Source: a virus. From it: 64,000 bases of DNA. The stretch lies in IMG/VR virus record IMGVR_UViG_3300027770_003399, positions 32,001 to 96,000 of that record. One strand, given 5' to 3'. How positions within the stretch are numbered: the stretch's first letter is position 1; each line of letters starts with the position of its first letter. The position numbers and the translations under genes were made by a program. Shown piece by piece: positions 49,464 through 60,065 of the stretch. Under the pieces are notes generated by a model. That model was not told the origin of the DNA. It saw only the letters and a program-made list of their open reading frames with translations, and searched no databases.

Positions 49464-51349
49464 TGAATATTGAAAAAGACGATCAGGCTTTTATAGTTAG
49501 TTTTTTATCTCACTGTTGTATATTACTAACTTTATCATTAATTCCTATCATTAATGAAAGAATAGCCCCAACTATTCAAATAGTATCTTATCCAGTACAA
49601 GAAATAATAATACCAGAATCAGTAGACATAGAGGACATTAATACTTTTAGTGAAGAAGAAACGATATTAAGTAATGAGGAAGCTGGAGAAGAAAGTCTAC
49701 AGATAAATGAAGAGAACTTAGAAATAGAGCTTCAGTCTGTTGAAACAGTGGAGGATTTTGGCGACACAATATCCAATGAGGATTTGATGGAGCTTTCTGG
49801 GTCGTCAAATGAGTCCAATATCGGCAACTCTGGCGTTGCTGTTAGTGGAGTTGGTAGTGCTGTTGATCGGTTGTCCAGAGAGATTGTGAGCAATGCTAAT
49901 GATCGTCCAGTGGTTGTATTTTGGTTATTTGATGCTTCAGTCAGCCTTTTTAAACAGAGGGCGGATATAGCCTCTAGATTTGAAAAGGTGTTGACGGAAA
50001 TAGAGCTTTCTAAAAATCAAAATCAACAGATAAATCACATAGTCAGCAGTTTTGGGGGAGTCCTTAGAACCATTACTTCTGCCCCAACCTCTGATAAAGA
50101 CCAGCTAATAAAAGATATTCTGTCTATCGGACTTGATGAGTCTGGAATAGAGAATGTTTTTGGGTCGATTCAAGAACTAATAATATCTCATAAAAATCTT
50201 CTTAAAAAGAATAAATCAAGAATGATGGTAATATGTTTTACTGATGAGGTTGGTGATGATCAAAATAAATTAGAACCCCTTATTGTATCTGCCAAACAAA
50301 CAGGTTGCATGATTTATGTTGTTGGAGTTCCATCTCCATTTGGTGTTGCAAAGAGTGAATTAAAATATGTTGATCCTGATGAAAAGTATGACCAAACAGA
50401 AAAATGGGTACAAATTCAACAAGGGCCAGAGTCTTTTGTTAAAATGACCCTCAACATGAAAAGTTTAGATATAGACAATATATTAATAGATAGTGGGTTT
50501 GGGTCATATTCATTATCAAGATTGTGTCAAAATACTGGTGGACTATACTTTGCTCTTCATCCTAATAGAAATAGTAGTCATAAAATATCTAAAAAGGATA
50601 TTGATCCACTATCTTCTGGTATTCAATACTTTTTTGATCCCAACATAATGTTTAATTATAAGCCAGATTATAGATCAATAGACCAACAAACTAAAGAAAT
50701 ATTATCTAATAAAACAAAATTAGCTCTTATAAATGCTTGTAGAATTGAAGATGGGATAAATATCTCTGGTAATCAAGTTTTGAAATTTGATGCTAGAACC
50801 ATAGAATCTTTCTTAAAGTCTTTAAATAAGGCTCAACAATTTTCTGCTAAACTAGACCCTAAAATAGCTCAGGTATTTTCTATTCTTCAAAACGGAGAAG
50901 CGACTAGGGGTTCGGTAAAAGAAAAGGTGTGGGGGGCGAGTTTTGATCTTGCTATGGGGCGAATTTATGCTGCTAAATGTAGAAATGAATCATACAATCT
51001 TTTATTAGCAGAAGCTAAGTTGGGAATGAAAACAGAGAGACAGGAGTCTAATCAGTGGGAACTGGTACATACTGAAGAGTCGATAAAAGGAAATAGCTCG
51101 GTGGAGAAATCTTTTAAATTAGCTAAAATGTATCTAAACAGAGTAGTCAGCGAAAATCCTGGAACCCCTTGGGCATTAGTAGCTAGCGAGGAATTGAAAA
51201 CTCCTATGGGATATAAGTGGATGGAAGGATATTTAGAACCAGATATAATGAAGATGAATGATAATGGTAACAATATCCCGAAACCTCCAAAAGATGATGA
51301 AAAAAAGATGTTGTCTCCAAAAATGCAGAGAAATGTTAGCAAGATTTGA
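49463..51349 (+). CDS. membrane-anchored vWA domain protein
   Basis: N-terminal TM; acidic linker; WLFDASVSL (MIDAS-like), FTDE, YVVGV; C-terminal PGTPWAL.A..EL..P.G resembles Planctomycete vWA proteins. Confidence 0.75.
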   Translation: MNIEKDDQAFIVSFLSHCCILLTLSLIPIINERIAPTIQIVSYPVQEIIIPESVDIEDINTFSEEETILSNEEAGEESLQINEENLEIELQSVETVEDFGDTISNEDLMELSGSSNESNIGNSGVAVSGVGSAVDRLSREIVSNANDRPVVVFWLFDASVSLFKQRADIASRFEKVLTEIELSKNQNQQINHIVSSFGGVLRTITSAPTSDKDQLIKDILSIGLDESGIENVFGSIQELIISHKNLLKKNKSRMMVICFTDEVGDDQNKLEPLIVSAKQTGCMIYVVGVPSPFGVAKSELKYVDPDEKYDQTEKWVQIQQGPESFVKMTLNMKSLDIDNILIDSGFGSYSLSRLCQNTGGLYFALHPNRNSSHKISKKDIDPLSSGIQYFFDPNIMFNYKPDYRSIDQQTKEILSNKTKLALINACRIEDGINISGNQVLKFDARTIESFLKSLNKAQQFSAKLDPKIAQVFSILQNGEATRGSVKEKVWGASFDLAMGRIYAAKCRNESYNLLLAEAKLGMKTERQESNQWELVHTEESIKGNSSVEKSFKLAKMYLNRVVSENPGTPWALVASEELKTPMGYKWMEGYLEPDIMKMNDNGNNIPKPPKDDEKKMLSPKMQRNVSKI

Positions 51350-51560
51350 TTTAAACTCTTATTCGATAAAGGATTAATAATGCCTATTGTTCTTGCACTA
51401 TTTGCTATCGGTATCTATCTGACTTGTATCAGGGTTTATGATTGGTGGAATGGATACGGGGATTTGTTTTGATTAATATAGTAATTTTATTAGCGGCAGG
51501 AAAGTTTCCTCTAATATATCTTTTAACAGCAGGATGATAATATCCAAGTAAGCAATAGTA

Positions 51561-52103
51561 TTATTTTACAACCTTAATAAAAAAAGAAGGACATCCATCA
51601 TCAGCTATACATACTACCTCTTGATTTAACTGTTTACAAAAAGCAGATACTGCTTCTTTAACTCCATAATGGTAGTCATGCCCCATAATTATTCCACCAT
51701 TTTTTGTCTTATAATATGAATAAAACAAATCATTACAAACCGCTTGGATTGTGTGATCACCATCTATATAGACAGCGTCAAAAAAATTATTCTCACAGCT
51801 TTTTAAAAATGCTACTGATGGAGATCTAATGACATCAACATTATTGTAGTACTTATATTTTTGATACAACCCCAAATAAATCTCTTCCATGTTTTGTATT
51901 TCATAATGGTTGTTTCCATCTTTGTCGCCAGACCCGTAAGTTCCCTGCCAAATATCTACTAAATACAAATGTGACGGTTGAGCTTTTTCAAGAATCTCTT
52001 TTGCAAAATCTCCAACAAAAACCCCTATCTCCAGGAAACTACAATGTTTTGGGATAATTTCAAGCAAGTCAGATCTTGTTTTATAGTGTGTGATTTTATT
52101 CAT
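51561..52103 (-). CDS. class I SAM methyltransferase (Methyltransf_24 type)
   Basis: LEIGVFVG, LVDIW, FDAVYIDGDH, GGIIMGHDY; paralog of 31337-31945. Confidence 0.88.
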   Translation of the reverse strand: MNKITHYKTRSDLLEIIPKHCSFLEIGVFVGDFAKEILEKAQPSHLYLVDIWQGTYGSGDKDGNNHYEIQNMEEIYLGLYQKYKYYNNVDVIRSPSVAFLKSCENNFFDAVYIDGDHTIQAVCNDLFYSYYKTKNGGIIMGHDYHYGVKEAVSAFCKQLNQEVVCIADDGCPSFFIKVVK

Positions 52104-52108
52104 TTTTT

Positions 52109-52894
52109 CTAGTATTTATAATATCTGGGTAACACTTTTCTATTTTTATTATTCATTTGATCATTAATATTCTGGATTTGGCCACCGATATAATTCTTCG
52201 GGTAAAACATAATAGAAGATAGAAAGTCCCCAAATATATTGTCTACCTCAGTCTTAAATGGTGGATATATTTTACTTTTTATAGACTCTATAGATAATAT
52301 AGATTGATCATTTCTATGATACTTACACTCTGACTGATCTCCATCTGGATTCTTTATAGATGGTTGTGGCCCACTAATCGATTCCTCTAAACAGAGAGAA
52401 AGAACTCTGTTCAAAAAATCTGTATTTTTTATTGTTTTTTTATAAGACTGAAAACCCGCCCATATTTGTGGAGTGTCTAAAAAAGATTCCCCTGCTAGTT
52501 TTTCTATACATTTTTTAGTAGTCCAGTTTTTGATCAAGAACTGGTCTTCGGGATATCTTAATAACAATGAGTCCATAAAGCAAAAGTCTTCTATATCAGA
52601 CAGACTGCCATTTATTTTATTCGCAGAATCTGTATATATCACGATTTCTGCATCATTTAAACTATCTAGAATAGCCCAGTACTTATAAGCAAATAAGAAT
52701 GGTTTATTTAAATTTTCTATATTTTCTGGAATTGTTTTTATAGAAATAAAATCTGCCACATTACGAGATACCGGCTTATCTCCAAATAAATAAATGGTAT
52801 GCTTTATATCTTTATTCTTTTCAAAAGAGTTTTGAAAACACTCGATAGCTTTATCAAAGAAAATATTATTACAGCATGTTATTAAGCTTATCAT
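52109..52894 (-). CDS. glycosyltransferase-like protein
   Basis: YKYWAI, YTDS (DxD-like), QIWAG, YHRNDQSILS. Confidence 0.6.
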   Translation of the reverse strand: MISLITCCNNIFFDKAIECFQNSFEKNKDIKHTIYLFGDKPVSRNVADFISIKTIPENIENLNKPFLFAYKYWAILDSLNDAEIVIYTDSANKINGSLSDIEDFCFMDSLLLRYPEDQFLIKNWTTKKCIEKLAGESFLDTPQIWAGFQSYKKTIKNTDFLNRVLSLCLEESISGPQPSIKNPDGDQSECKYHRNDQSILSIESIKSKIYPPFKTEVDNIFGDFLSSIMFYPKNYIGGQIQNINDQMNNKNRKVLPRYYKY

Positions 52895-52943
52895 AAGTAT
52901 TTTTTGTCTTTAAAATTTGATGATATAAATATGTTGTATAAGT

Positions 52944-53603
52944 TTAAGAAGAATTTTTAGTCATCTCTTGCATCCTAGCAAGAAAGTCTTCGTCAGACTC
53001 CTCTACTTCTGGAATTACATCTACTGATTCTGGAATCTTGGGAATATCAGGACTATCTATCAAAGACTTAATTTTATTCATAAACTCAGAATCATCTTCG
53101 ATATCTAAGTCATTGCTCATTTTATTCATTTCCTTAACTTCTGACAAAGAAATATTTTTTCTATTTGTAAAGTAATTACTTCCATATGACACATATACTT
53201 CCGACCCCTTTGAGATATCTTGGGTGGCTACAACATCTGCTATAGAAGAATCGTAATAAAAATTCCACTCTGTATTTGGACTATCTTGATGATTATAGAT
53301 CATGCCATAACCCAAAACCATCCAGAACACGCCTCCGTGAGCGTTATATTCTTTGTCTGGATTTGTTTCAGCAGAACATCCGCAATTTGATTCTTTATAA
53401 CAATATTTTCTAAGTTGGGGATCATGAATATAGTTTGATCTCCAATCCAATCTAACCATTGGACATCTCTCTATTAGTTGTCCACTAGCTATATTATTTG
53501 TTGCTATTACTCCAATTCCCTCTATTTCAGAGTAACCTACAACTATATCCTCTGACTTAAAGTATTGATTTTTTTCACCGGCTATTGGTTTTGGAAGTAT
53601 CAT
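52944..53603 (-). CDS. SET domain protein
   Basis: SEIEGIGVIAT..I..G, YNHQDSPN, ATQDI.KG.EV.VSYG..YF. Confidence 0.9.
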   Translation of the reverse strand: MILPKPIAGEKNQYFKSEDIVVGYSEIEGIGVIATNNIASGQLIERCPMVRLDWRSNYIHDPQLRKYCYKESNCGCSAETNPDKEYNAHGGVFWMVLGYGMIYNHQDSPNTEWNFYYDSSIADVVATQDISKGSEVYVSYGSNYFTNRKNISLSEVKEMNKMSNDLDIEDDSEFMNKIKSLIDSPDIPKIPESVDVIPEVEESDEDFLARMQEMTKNSS

Positions 53604-53654
53604 GAGATAATGTGTCCTTTTTATTATAATAAGTTAAATATGTTTTGTTTAGAT

Positions 53655-54497
53655 CTACCAGTAGCATCCACCCTCCAACAATTCTGGTCTCTCTGGAATT
53701 TCATGATACATTGGTCTTATCCATGATTGAGTACCATACCAATCTTTGTGATGAAACATATCATCCCATCTCTTTCCTCGTATGCCAAATAATAATTGAG
53801 TCCCGCCTCCAGTATGTATGCATGATTTTCCCATAGCTTTAATAAATCTACAAACCTCTAGCGAATATCCTCCAGCTCCGACGACAGCACAATCAAATTC
53901 TGCTTTAAGAATCTCTTCTTTTAATATTTCTATTTTAGTTTGCCAATCTATTGGAGATAGTCCCGTAAGAGCCTCTGAATATCCTACTCCTATCACTACA
54001 CAGCTTCCTATTTTAGCTCCGGGCCAAATTTCAGAATATCTATTAACTTGTTGCCCAATAGTATCTTTTAGTTGGGAAACACATAGTACTCTCTTGTCCC
54101 CAAGACGATAATGCCATCCATCTTCTCCATGATCAAAAGGCTCTATCTGTGAAAAAGAATGTAAAAGTCTTCCGGTTCCCACAGAATCAATAACATATGA
54201 GTCCCCATAATCTTTGCACCAAGGCAGGACATAATCCAGATCTTTTACCGCCAAGAGATAGTTATCGAGCCAGCAAATTAGGCTCTGCTCATTCTTACAA
54301 TATATTCCAGCATTTATATATAGCATATCCTCAACCATGCGTTTTGGAATGCCCGATTTAAGATACTCAGCACAGTGCGAAGCCTCAACACTTCCTAACT
54401 TACCAATAGAAATTGGGAGGTTACTATCTGGGATCAAAAAGGGGCCTAATTTATTTAGATATGCTTCGCTCATATTTTTTCCTAGGAAGATACACAA
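53655..54497 (-). CDS. polysaccharide-locus hypothetical protein (possibly GT-D-like)
   Basis: FDCAVVGAGGY...IK.MGK..IH.GG..QLLFGIRGKRW. Confidence 0.6.
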   Translation of the reverse strand: MCIFLGKNMSEAYLNKLGPFLIPDSNLPISIGKLGSVEASHCAEYLKSGIPKRMVEDMLYINAGIYCKNEQSLICWLDNYLLAVKDLDYVLPWCKDYGDSYVIDSVGTGRLLHSFSQIEPFDHGEDGWHYRLGDKRVLCVSQLKDTIGQQVNRYSEIWPGAKIGSCVVIGVGYSEALTGLSPIDWQTKIEILKEEILKAEFDCAVVGAGGYSLEVCRFIKAMGKSCIHTGGGTQLLFGIRGKRWDDMFHHKDWYGTQSWIRPMYHEIPERPELLEGGCYW

Positions 54498-54652
54498 TCC
54501 TTAATATAATAGAACAGAACAAGCATATTGTCAATAAAATAAAATCTGAATAATTAATACTAGAATAGCTCTCTTTATTACCATAAAACCAGAAACAGGC
54601 AATGCTTCTACGAAGGTGTATAATATAGAGCTTTATTATAAGGAGCATATTT

Positions 54653-55435
54653 ATGAAAATTTTTTTATCCTTTATTTTATATTTTATAATAACAACTTGC
54701 TTATTAGCTGGAACAATACGACAAGATACGTCAGACTCTAAGTACCTAGAGTATGGTAAAAAATATATTTCTGTTGTTAAAATAAGCGGATATATGAATA
54801 TTGTCCATAATTCTACCATGTCTGTTTTTGAGACGATAGAGAAGGTGGAGACAATAGCTTCTGGATCAGCAGTAGTAATAGATCCTCATTGGATATTAAC
54901 TGCTGCGCATGTAGTTACCGACTCAAATAATCATTTTTTTTATATAGGATCTAAAAAATATACTGTAGACGACATTATAGTTCATCCGTCTTATGATAAA
55001 AATAGCAAGATGACTTTTGCAGATATCGCTCTATGTTACGTCAAAGAAGAGATAGATCTTTCTTTTTATCCTCTTTTATACGACAAAGACGACGAAGTCG
55101 GGAAACTGTGTGGACTATGTGGGTATGGGTCAACAGGATCAGCATCTATGGGGGCTGTCAAGAGCGATGAAAGAAAAAGAGCAGGAAGCAATAAAGTATC
55201 TCTTATGACTGATGATCTTTTGTTCTGCGATATGAGCCGTAGGAATCCCACAGAGCTGGAGTTTTTAATATCTCATGGTGATAGCGGGGGTGGTTTATTT
55301 ATAAATGGAAAACTAGCGGGTATTCACTCTTTTGTGTCTGCCTCAGATAAAAAAGCGGATTCTAGTTATGGAGATCAGAGTGGGCATACTAGGATTTCAA
55401 CATATAAAAGATGGATTGACTTTATTGTTAAGTAG
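54653..55435 (+). CDS. secreted trypsin-like serine protease (S1)
   Basis: Signal peptide; WILTAAHV, DIAL, GDSGG catalytic triad. Confidence 0.92.
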   Translation: MKIFLSFILYFIITTCLLAGTIRQDTSDSKYLEYGKKYISVVKISGYMNIVHNSTMSVFETIEKVETIASGSAVVIDPHWILTAAHVVTDSNNHFFYIGSKKYTVDDIIVHPSYDKNSKMTFADIALCYVKEEIDLSFYPLLYDKDDEVGKLCGLCGYGSTGSASMGAVKSDERKRAGSNKVSLMTDDLLFCDMSRRNPTELEFLISHGDSGGGLFINGKLAGIHSFVSASDKKADSSYGDQSGHTRISTYKRWIDFIVK

Positions 55436-55514
55436 TTCTAATAGCTAGTCTATCTCTTGTTGGGTGTATAATAATGGGTCTATCTATTGTTTTTTATATA
55501 CTGGTTTATTTTAA

Positions 55515-55826
55515 ATGAGCAACATAACAATATTATTAGTAAGTGTTGGATATGTATCAATATATTTTATAGGATTTATAATGGGTAGATTGAATACTTT
55601 ATCTGGAAATATGTTCAATAATGACAATAATATGGTTAAAACTACTAGCTTTTTAAATAGAACGAAGGAGAAGCAGCAGGAGATTATTATAGATACAAAA
55701 AAGTATGTTACAGAAATAAAAACCGATCAATTAATAAAAAGTTTTACAGATTTGGGCGATACAACAGTTAATCAGGATACTATTGCTGGATCAGTTTCTA
55801 AATTAAATCAATTAAAAAAGGGGTGA
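55515..55826 (+). CDS. single-TM hypothetical protein
   Basis: ORF track; N-terminal TM. Confidence 0.55.
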   Translation: MSNITILLVSVGYVSIYFIGFIMGRLNTLSGNMFNNDNNMVKTTSFLNRTKEKQQEIIIDTKKYVTEIKTDQLIKSFTDLGDTTVNQDTIAGSVSKLNQLKKG

Positions 55827-55829
55827 TTT

Positions 55830-56831
55830 ATGGCAAAGGGGTTAGATGTTGGAACGTCATATATTGTTTTATCTAATGAGATTAATAATACTATAGAATA
55901 TAAAGATTTTAGAGATGCCTTTTATATTATCAGGCCATCAACTCCTGTTGCGACTAAAATGATAGAGAAGGGGTTGGCCGGTAAGATTTTCGTCAAAGAT
56001 ATAGATGGGTCATTTATAATACTGGGTAATGATGCTATAGAAAAAGCCATAGAAAGAAATGATAGTGCTAAAAGACCCATGTATAAGGGAGTAGTCTCTG
56101 CAAAAGAGAAAGATGCTAGAAAAATATTATCATTTATTTTAAAAGAGGTTGTAGGAAAAGCAGATGAGCCTAATGAAAAATTAGTGTTCTGTATACCTGC
56201 TCAACCGATAGATCAACAAGACGATGATTTTGATGTTGGCTATCATGAAGATGTTATTAAATCTGTATTAGCAGAATGTGGATATGCTGCTAGAAGTATC
56301 AATGAAGCTGAAGCTCTATGTTATTCAGAATTAGAGAATGATGATTATACGGGTCTTAGCTTGTCTTGGGGTGCTGGCATGGTAAATATATGCATAATGC
56401 TTAATGGAGAGCCAACTGTGATGTTCTCTACTACAAAAAGTGGAGATTGGATAGATAGAATGAGTGCTATCGCAACAGGGGAGCCTGATAGTGTTGTGCA
56501 AGCAGAAAAGGAGCACGGAAGTTTTATTATTGGACAAGACAACCCAAACCAAGTACTAGCTGCTGTTTCAGCATATTACGAAAGACTAATAGACTATACC
56601 ACTAAACAACTAACAGCATCCTTATTACATCATAAGTCTTTGCCGAAGTTCAAAAATCCACTACCTATTGTTGTAGCAGGAGGAACATCTCAAGCAGCAG
56701 GGTTTATAGAAGAATTTGAGAAAAAATTAAAAGAAAATAATTTCCCTCTGGTAATACAACAGGTCAGACACGCAAAAGATCCTCTTCATGCTGTTTCTAG
56801 GGGGTGCTTAATAGCATCTAAAGTTTTATGA
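55830..56831 (+). CDS. actin-fold ATPase (FtsA/MreB/Hsp70 superfamily)
   Basis: GLDVGTS (phosphate 1), INEAEA (connect 1), SWGAGMVN (phosphate 2), VVAGGTS (adenosine), AVSRG (connect 2). Confidence 0.85.
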   Translation: MAKGLDVGTSYIVLSNEINNTIEYKDFRDAFYIIRPSTPVATKMIEKGLAGKIFVKDIDGSFIILGNDAIEKAIERNDSAKRPMYKGVVSAKEKDARKILSFILKEVVGKADEPNEKLVFCIPAQPIDQQDDDFDVGYHEDVIKSVLAECGYAARSINEAEALCYSELENDDYTGLSLSWGAGMVNICIMLNGEPTVMFSTTKSGDWIDRMSAIATGEPDSVVQAEKEHGSFIIGQDNPNQVLAAVSAYYERLIDYTTKQLTASLLHHKSLPKFKNPLPIVVAGGTSQAAGFIEEFEKKLKENNFPLVIQQVRHAKDPLHAVSRGCLIASKVL

Positions 56832-57772
56832 TATTTTTTAATAAAAAGAATAAAAAAGGACAAGTCTCTCTTCTTCCTCATACCAGAACAGAGGTATATG
56901 GATTAGATCCATCTTCTACACAAATGATTGGATGGGAAATAAAAAAATTAAACATAGATAGACAATGGACATACTCAGAAGGAAAGGGTGTCGTTGTTGC
57001 CGTAATCGATACTGGTTGTGATTTACAGCATGTTGATATAAAAAATAATCTATTGAAGGGAATAAATCTTTTAGACAATTCTAAAGATCCACAGGACGAC
57101 AATGGTCATGGAAGTCATGTTTGTGGAATGATAGCTGCCGAAAATAATGGTTTGGGCATGGTTGGTGTTGCTCCACAAGTAAAAATTTTACCTGTTAAAG
57201 CTCTAAACTCAAAAGGAGATGGCTCTTTACAGGATGTTATTAATGGAATCATCTGGTCAGCAGATGCTGGAGCAGATTTCATTACTATGTCATTAGGGAC
57301 GAGCAATACTTCGGATGGTCTTGAGAAGGCAATAGCTTATGCCTCTTTAAAAGGCTCTGTCGTTTTTGCTGCTGCTGGTAATAGTGGAGAAAAGACAGAA
57401 ATATTGTATCCTGCAAGATATAAAAATGTTATATCTATAGGAGCAATAGATGAGCATTTAAATAGGACTTCCTTTACTTGCAGTGGAGAAGACTTAGATT
57501 TTTTATCTCCCGGACACAATGTTTTTAGTATAGCTCCTAATAATGGCTATGCGATAATGAGTGGAACGAGTATGAGCAATCCGTTTGCTGTTGGGTGTGC
57601 TTGCCTATTACTATCTCATAACAGGCAGCATAAAAGATTTTCTTTGAGAAGCGCTCAAGATTACATAGATGTTTTGAGCAAGGTCTGTATTGATATTCCT
57701 GAAGAAAAATATAGGTCTAGGAAGTATCAGGGAAACGGTATTATTAAACTAGATTTTACAAAGTTAATATAG
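56828..57772 (+). CDS. subtilisin-like S8 peptidase
   Basis: VAVIDTG, HGSHVCG, AAAGN, SGTSMSNP. Confidence 0.93.
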   Translation: MIFFNKKNKKGQVSLLPHTRTEVYGLDPSSTQMIGWEIKKLNIDRQWTYSEGKGVVVAVIDTGCDLQHVDIKNNLLKGINLLDNSKDPQDDNGHGSHVCGMIAAENNGLGMVGVAPQVKILPVKALNSKGDGSLQDVINGIIWSADAGADFITMSLGTSNTSDGLEKAIAYASLKGSVVFAAAGNSGEKTEILYPARYKNVISIGAIDEHLNRTSFTCSGEDLDFLSPGHNVFSIAPNNGYAIMSGTSMSNPFAVGCACLLLSHNRQHKRFSLRSAQDYIDVLSKVCIDIPEEKYRSRKYQGNGIIKLDFTKLI

Positions 57773-58744
57773 ATCAAGATCAATTTGTATCAAATTTTTA
57801 CCAAGATTATTAATATCTTTACCTTGGTTATGTCTATGAAAAAGATATCCTGATTCCACGCTAAGATAATATCCTAGATTTGGATGGTCAGTATTCTCTA
57901 TTTCTATAAACATATTGGAATATTGTGGGTGCCGATTTATAAAACTATGAAGAGTCCCTATGTCTCCATTAAAATTTTGTAAGAGAATAGTGCTTTCTCT
58001 GATATGGTGAGTACTAGAATATAGTTGCTCCAAATATTCATAGAAAGAGTCTTCATCTTTGGACAATAACTGCCAAATAGAATTGTGATAGTTTCCAGTT
58101 ATCCATTCAGAATAATCTATCTTTCCAAAGCTGGGTTGCATAGTAGAGACAAAATCTTTTCCGTGATGAACTATCTGAGCATTTGTTACAAAAGAATTAA
58201 AGCCCCTATATGTCATATGGGGCAAGATATCATCTATAGCCATTCTGTCATTAGAGTAATGAAAATTATTTAAAATATATTCACGGGCTCTCCTATTGAT
58301 CAGATAACCCCAAGCTCCAGTAGACTTAAAATTTTTAGATAAGTGAGGAGATATTGGAATACATTTTTTTTTACCATTAAATCCAAGAAGTATAATGTCC
58401 CACTCAATAGAATTTATATGATCAAATAAAATGGGTAGATACTCGCTTATAGGAGCTGTCTTGGAATTATTTAAAACAAATACTTCTGGATATATCTGAA
58501 AATCATCCTCTACAACCAGAATAGTTTCAAGATTTTTATCCAAACTATCAGAAAAAACTTTAAGATGGCTAACAGTTGGGGAAGATTGAGGAATATCGGT
58601 ATTTTTTATTGCTACAGAATTGGTGAGTCCCTCTATATTAAAGGTCTTAATCTGATCATTAATATTATTTAGCCTGTCTGTGGATTCTGGAAGGCTTATG
58701 AAGAATCCCTTATCGGCAATTATAGTTCCATTAATTGATATCAT
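57764..58744 (-). CDS. glycosyltransferase family 25-like
   Basis: ISLPESTDR, SHL, ILVVEDD, WDIILLG, GAWGYLI, AIDD. Confidence 0.8.
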   Translation of the reverse strand: MISINGTIIADKGFFISLPESTDRLNNINDQIKTFNIEGLTNSVAIKNTDIPQSSPTVSHLKVFSDSLDKNLETILVVEDDFQIYPEVFVLNNSKTAPISEYLPILFDHINSIEWDIILLGFNGKKKCIPISPHLSKNFKSTGAWGYLINRRAREYILNNFHYSNDRMAIDDILPHMTYRGFNSFVTNAQIVHHGKDFVSTMQPSFGKIDYSEWITGNYHNSIWQLLSKDEDSFYEYLEQLYSSTHHIRESTILLQNFNGDIGTLHSFINRHPQYSNMFIEIENTDHPNLGYYLSVESGYLFHRHNQGKDINNLGKNLIQIDLDLY

Positions 58745-59402
58745 TTTTCCCTATCAAAAAATTTAATGATTCTCTGTGTCTATAATTTGCTTCGTCGGCA
58801 CCATTGAACGGCCAATTTCTGCTGGCTGTTGGATCAGACACAACATAGTTATGCTCAAAGATTTGAGAGTCTATATATTTATGCTTATTTAATATTTTTG
58901 AAACATTCATATATTCATTGTCGCAGTAAATAGACTTATAGCTAGGATGATATATGTAGTTGAATCTACTATAGTATAGTTTAGTCATAACGCACCCTAT
59001 GTCTAGTCTTTCTTCCCAAGATGGGTTCATATAGTGCAAGCACCCGTCCATATCAGGATGGTATAGCTTCATATCTGAAACTATTCTTTCATCATAACTA
59101 TCTCGAATAGGATATAGGTCGTCAGCAGCTAATATTAGAATATCAAAGATTAAATCAGCAGAGATGTCTGAGTTAATCGCTTCTATTTTATTATTATGAT
59201 CCCCATAAAAATACTGGAGGTAATTCTTGTGTTGCTCAAGATATTCTTTAGCTTCGGCAGAATTCATCTCCTCGTCATCTTTGTCAAATGAACAAATAAA
59301 AGAAATATTATGATTATTAGATTTTTTCTCTATGTATCTATTTAGAGAAAACTTGAATTTGTCGAGTCGTCCTCTGGATGGAAACTTAATAAGTATATTC
59401 AT
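58731..59402 (-). CDS. GT-A fold glycosyltransferase
   Basis: FPSRGR, KIEAIN, LAADD, YCDNE. Confidence 0.75.
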   Translation of the reverse strand: MNILIKFPSRGRLDKFKFSLNRYIEKKSNNHNISFICSFDKDDEEMNSAEAKEYLEQHKNYLQYFYGDHNNKIEAINSDISADLIFDILILAADDLYPIRDSYDERIVSDMKLYHPDMDGCLHYMNPSWEERLDIGCVMTKLYYSRFNYIYHPSYKSIYCDNEYMNVSKILNKHKYIDSQIFEHNYVVSDPTASRNWPFNGADEANYRHRESLNFLIGKNDIN

Positions 59403-59408
59403 ATAAAA

Positions 59409-60062
59409 TTACAGTAATGAGTAGTGATCAAATCTTTTATTGTTTTCATCGAATATCTCTCCAACAAAATGCCTGTCTTCCATGTCTGTTGGGAATTTTT
59501 TAGAAAAAGATTCTGTACTTCCATATGAGTCATGAATAAAACAAGTGTCTAGAATCTTTCCATATACGCGTTCTCTTAAAAAAGTCTGATCAACTTGCCA
59601 GTAATCCCCAGATGGAAAATCCTGAAGAGTAATTCCTATTCTATCTAGTATTTGATTTCTTGCTCCCCACATACCCCCAAGTATAGCAGTATTATGGAAT
59701 GGGTGGTCTCTCATTATATGAAAATCTTTGTCAGAAGCAAGCCATTCGTCGACAGCAAGTTTTTCTCTTTGGTTTAATCTTGAATCACAATCTCTAAATA
59801 TAACAACATCATTTTGTGCTTCAAGACCAGCGTAGAATCTCCAAAACATACCGCTCCAATCTCCATCATTATCCATAAGGATTACTTCACAATTGGGTAT
59901 AGATTTAAGATTATTGATTATTTCACCCGTAACACTTTTACCACAATAAAACCTTGATACCCAACCTGAATAAATCTCATTTGTTAATTCTGCATTCCTT
60001 ATTGCACCAATTGTATAAATTGGCTTATTTCCCCACAAACTAAATGATATTATTTTACTCAT
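59409..60062 (-). CDS. glycosyltransferase-like protein
   Basis: ISFSLWG, GMFWRF, FRDCDSR, HIMRDHP.H, LGGMWG, DQ.FL. Confidence 0.65.
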   Translation of the reverse strand: MSKIISFSLWGNKPIYTIGAIRNAELTNEIYSGWVSRFYCGKSVTGEIINNLKSIPNCEVILMDNDGDWSGMFWRFYAGLEAQNDVVIFRDCDSRLNQREKLAVDEWLASDKDFHIMRDHPFHNTAILGGMWGARNQILDRIGITLQDFPSGDYWQVDQTFLRERVYGKILDTCFIHDSYGSTESFSKKFPTDMEDRHFVGEIFDENNKRFDHYSLL

Positions 60063-60065
60063 AAA

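Noticed and set aside
51144-51153. TAGTCAGCGA inside the vWA gene as a repeat-family member
   Set aside because: It is coding sequence (VVSE), with no upstream mini-hairpin at the conserved distance
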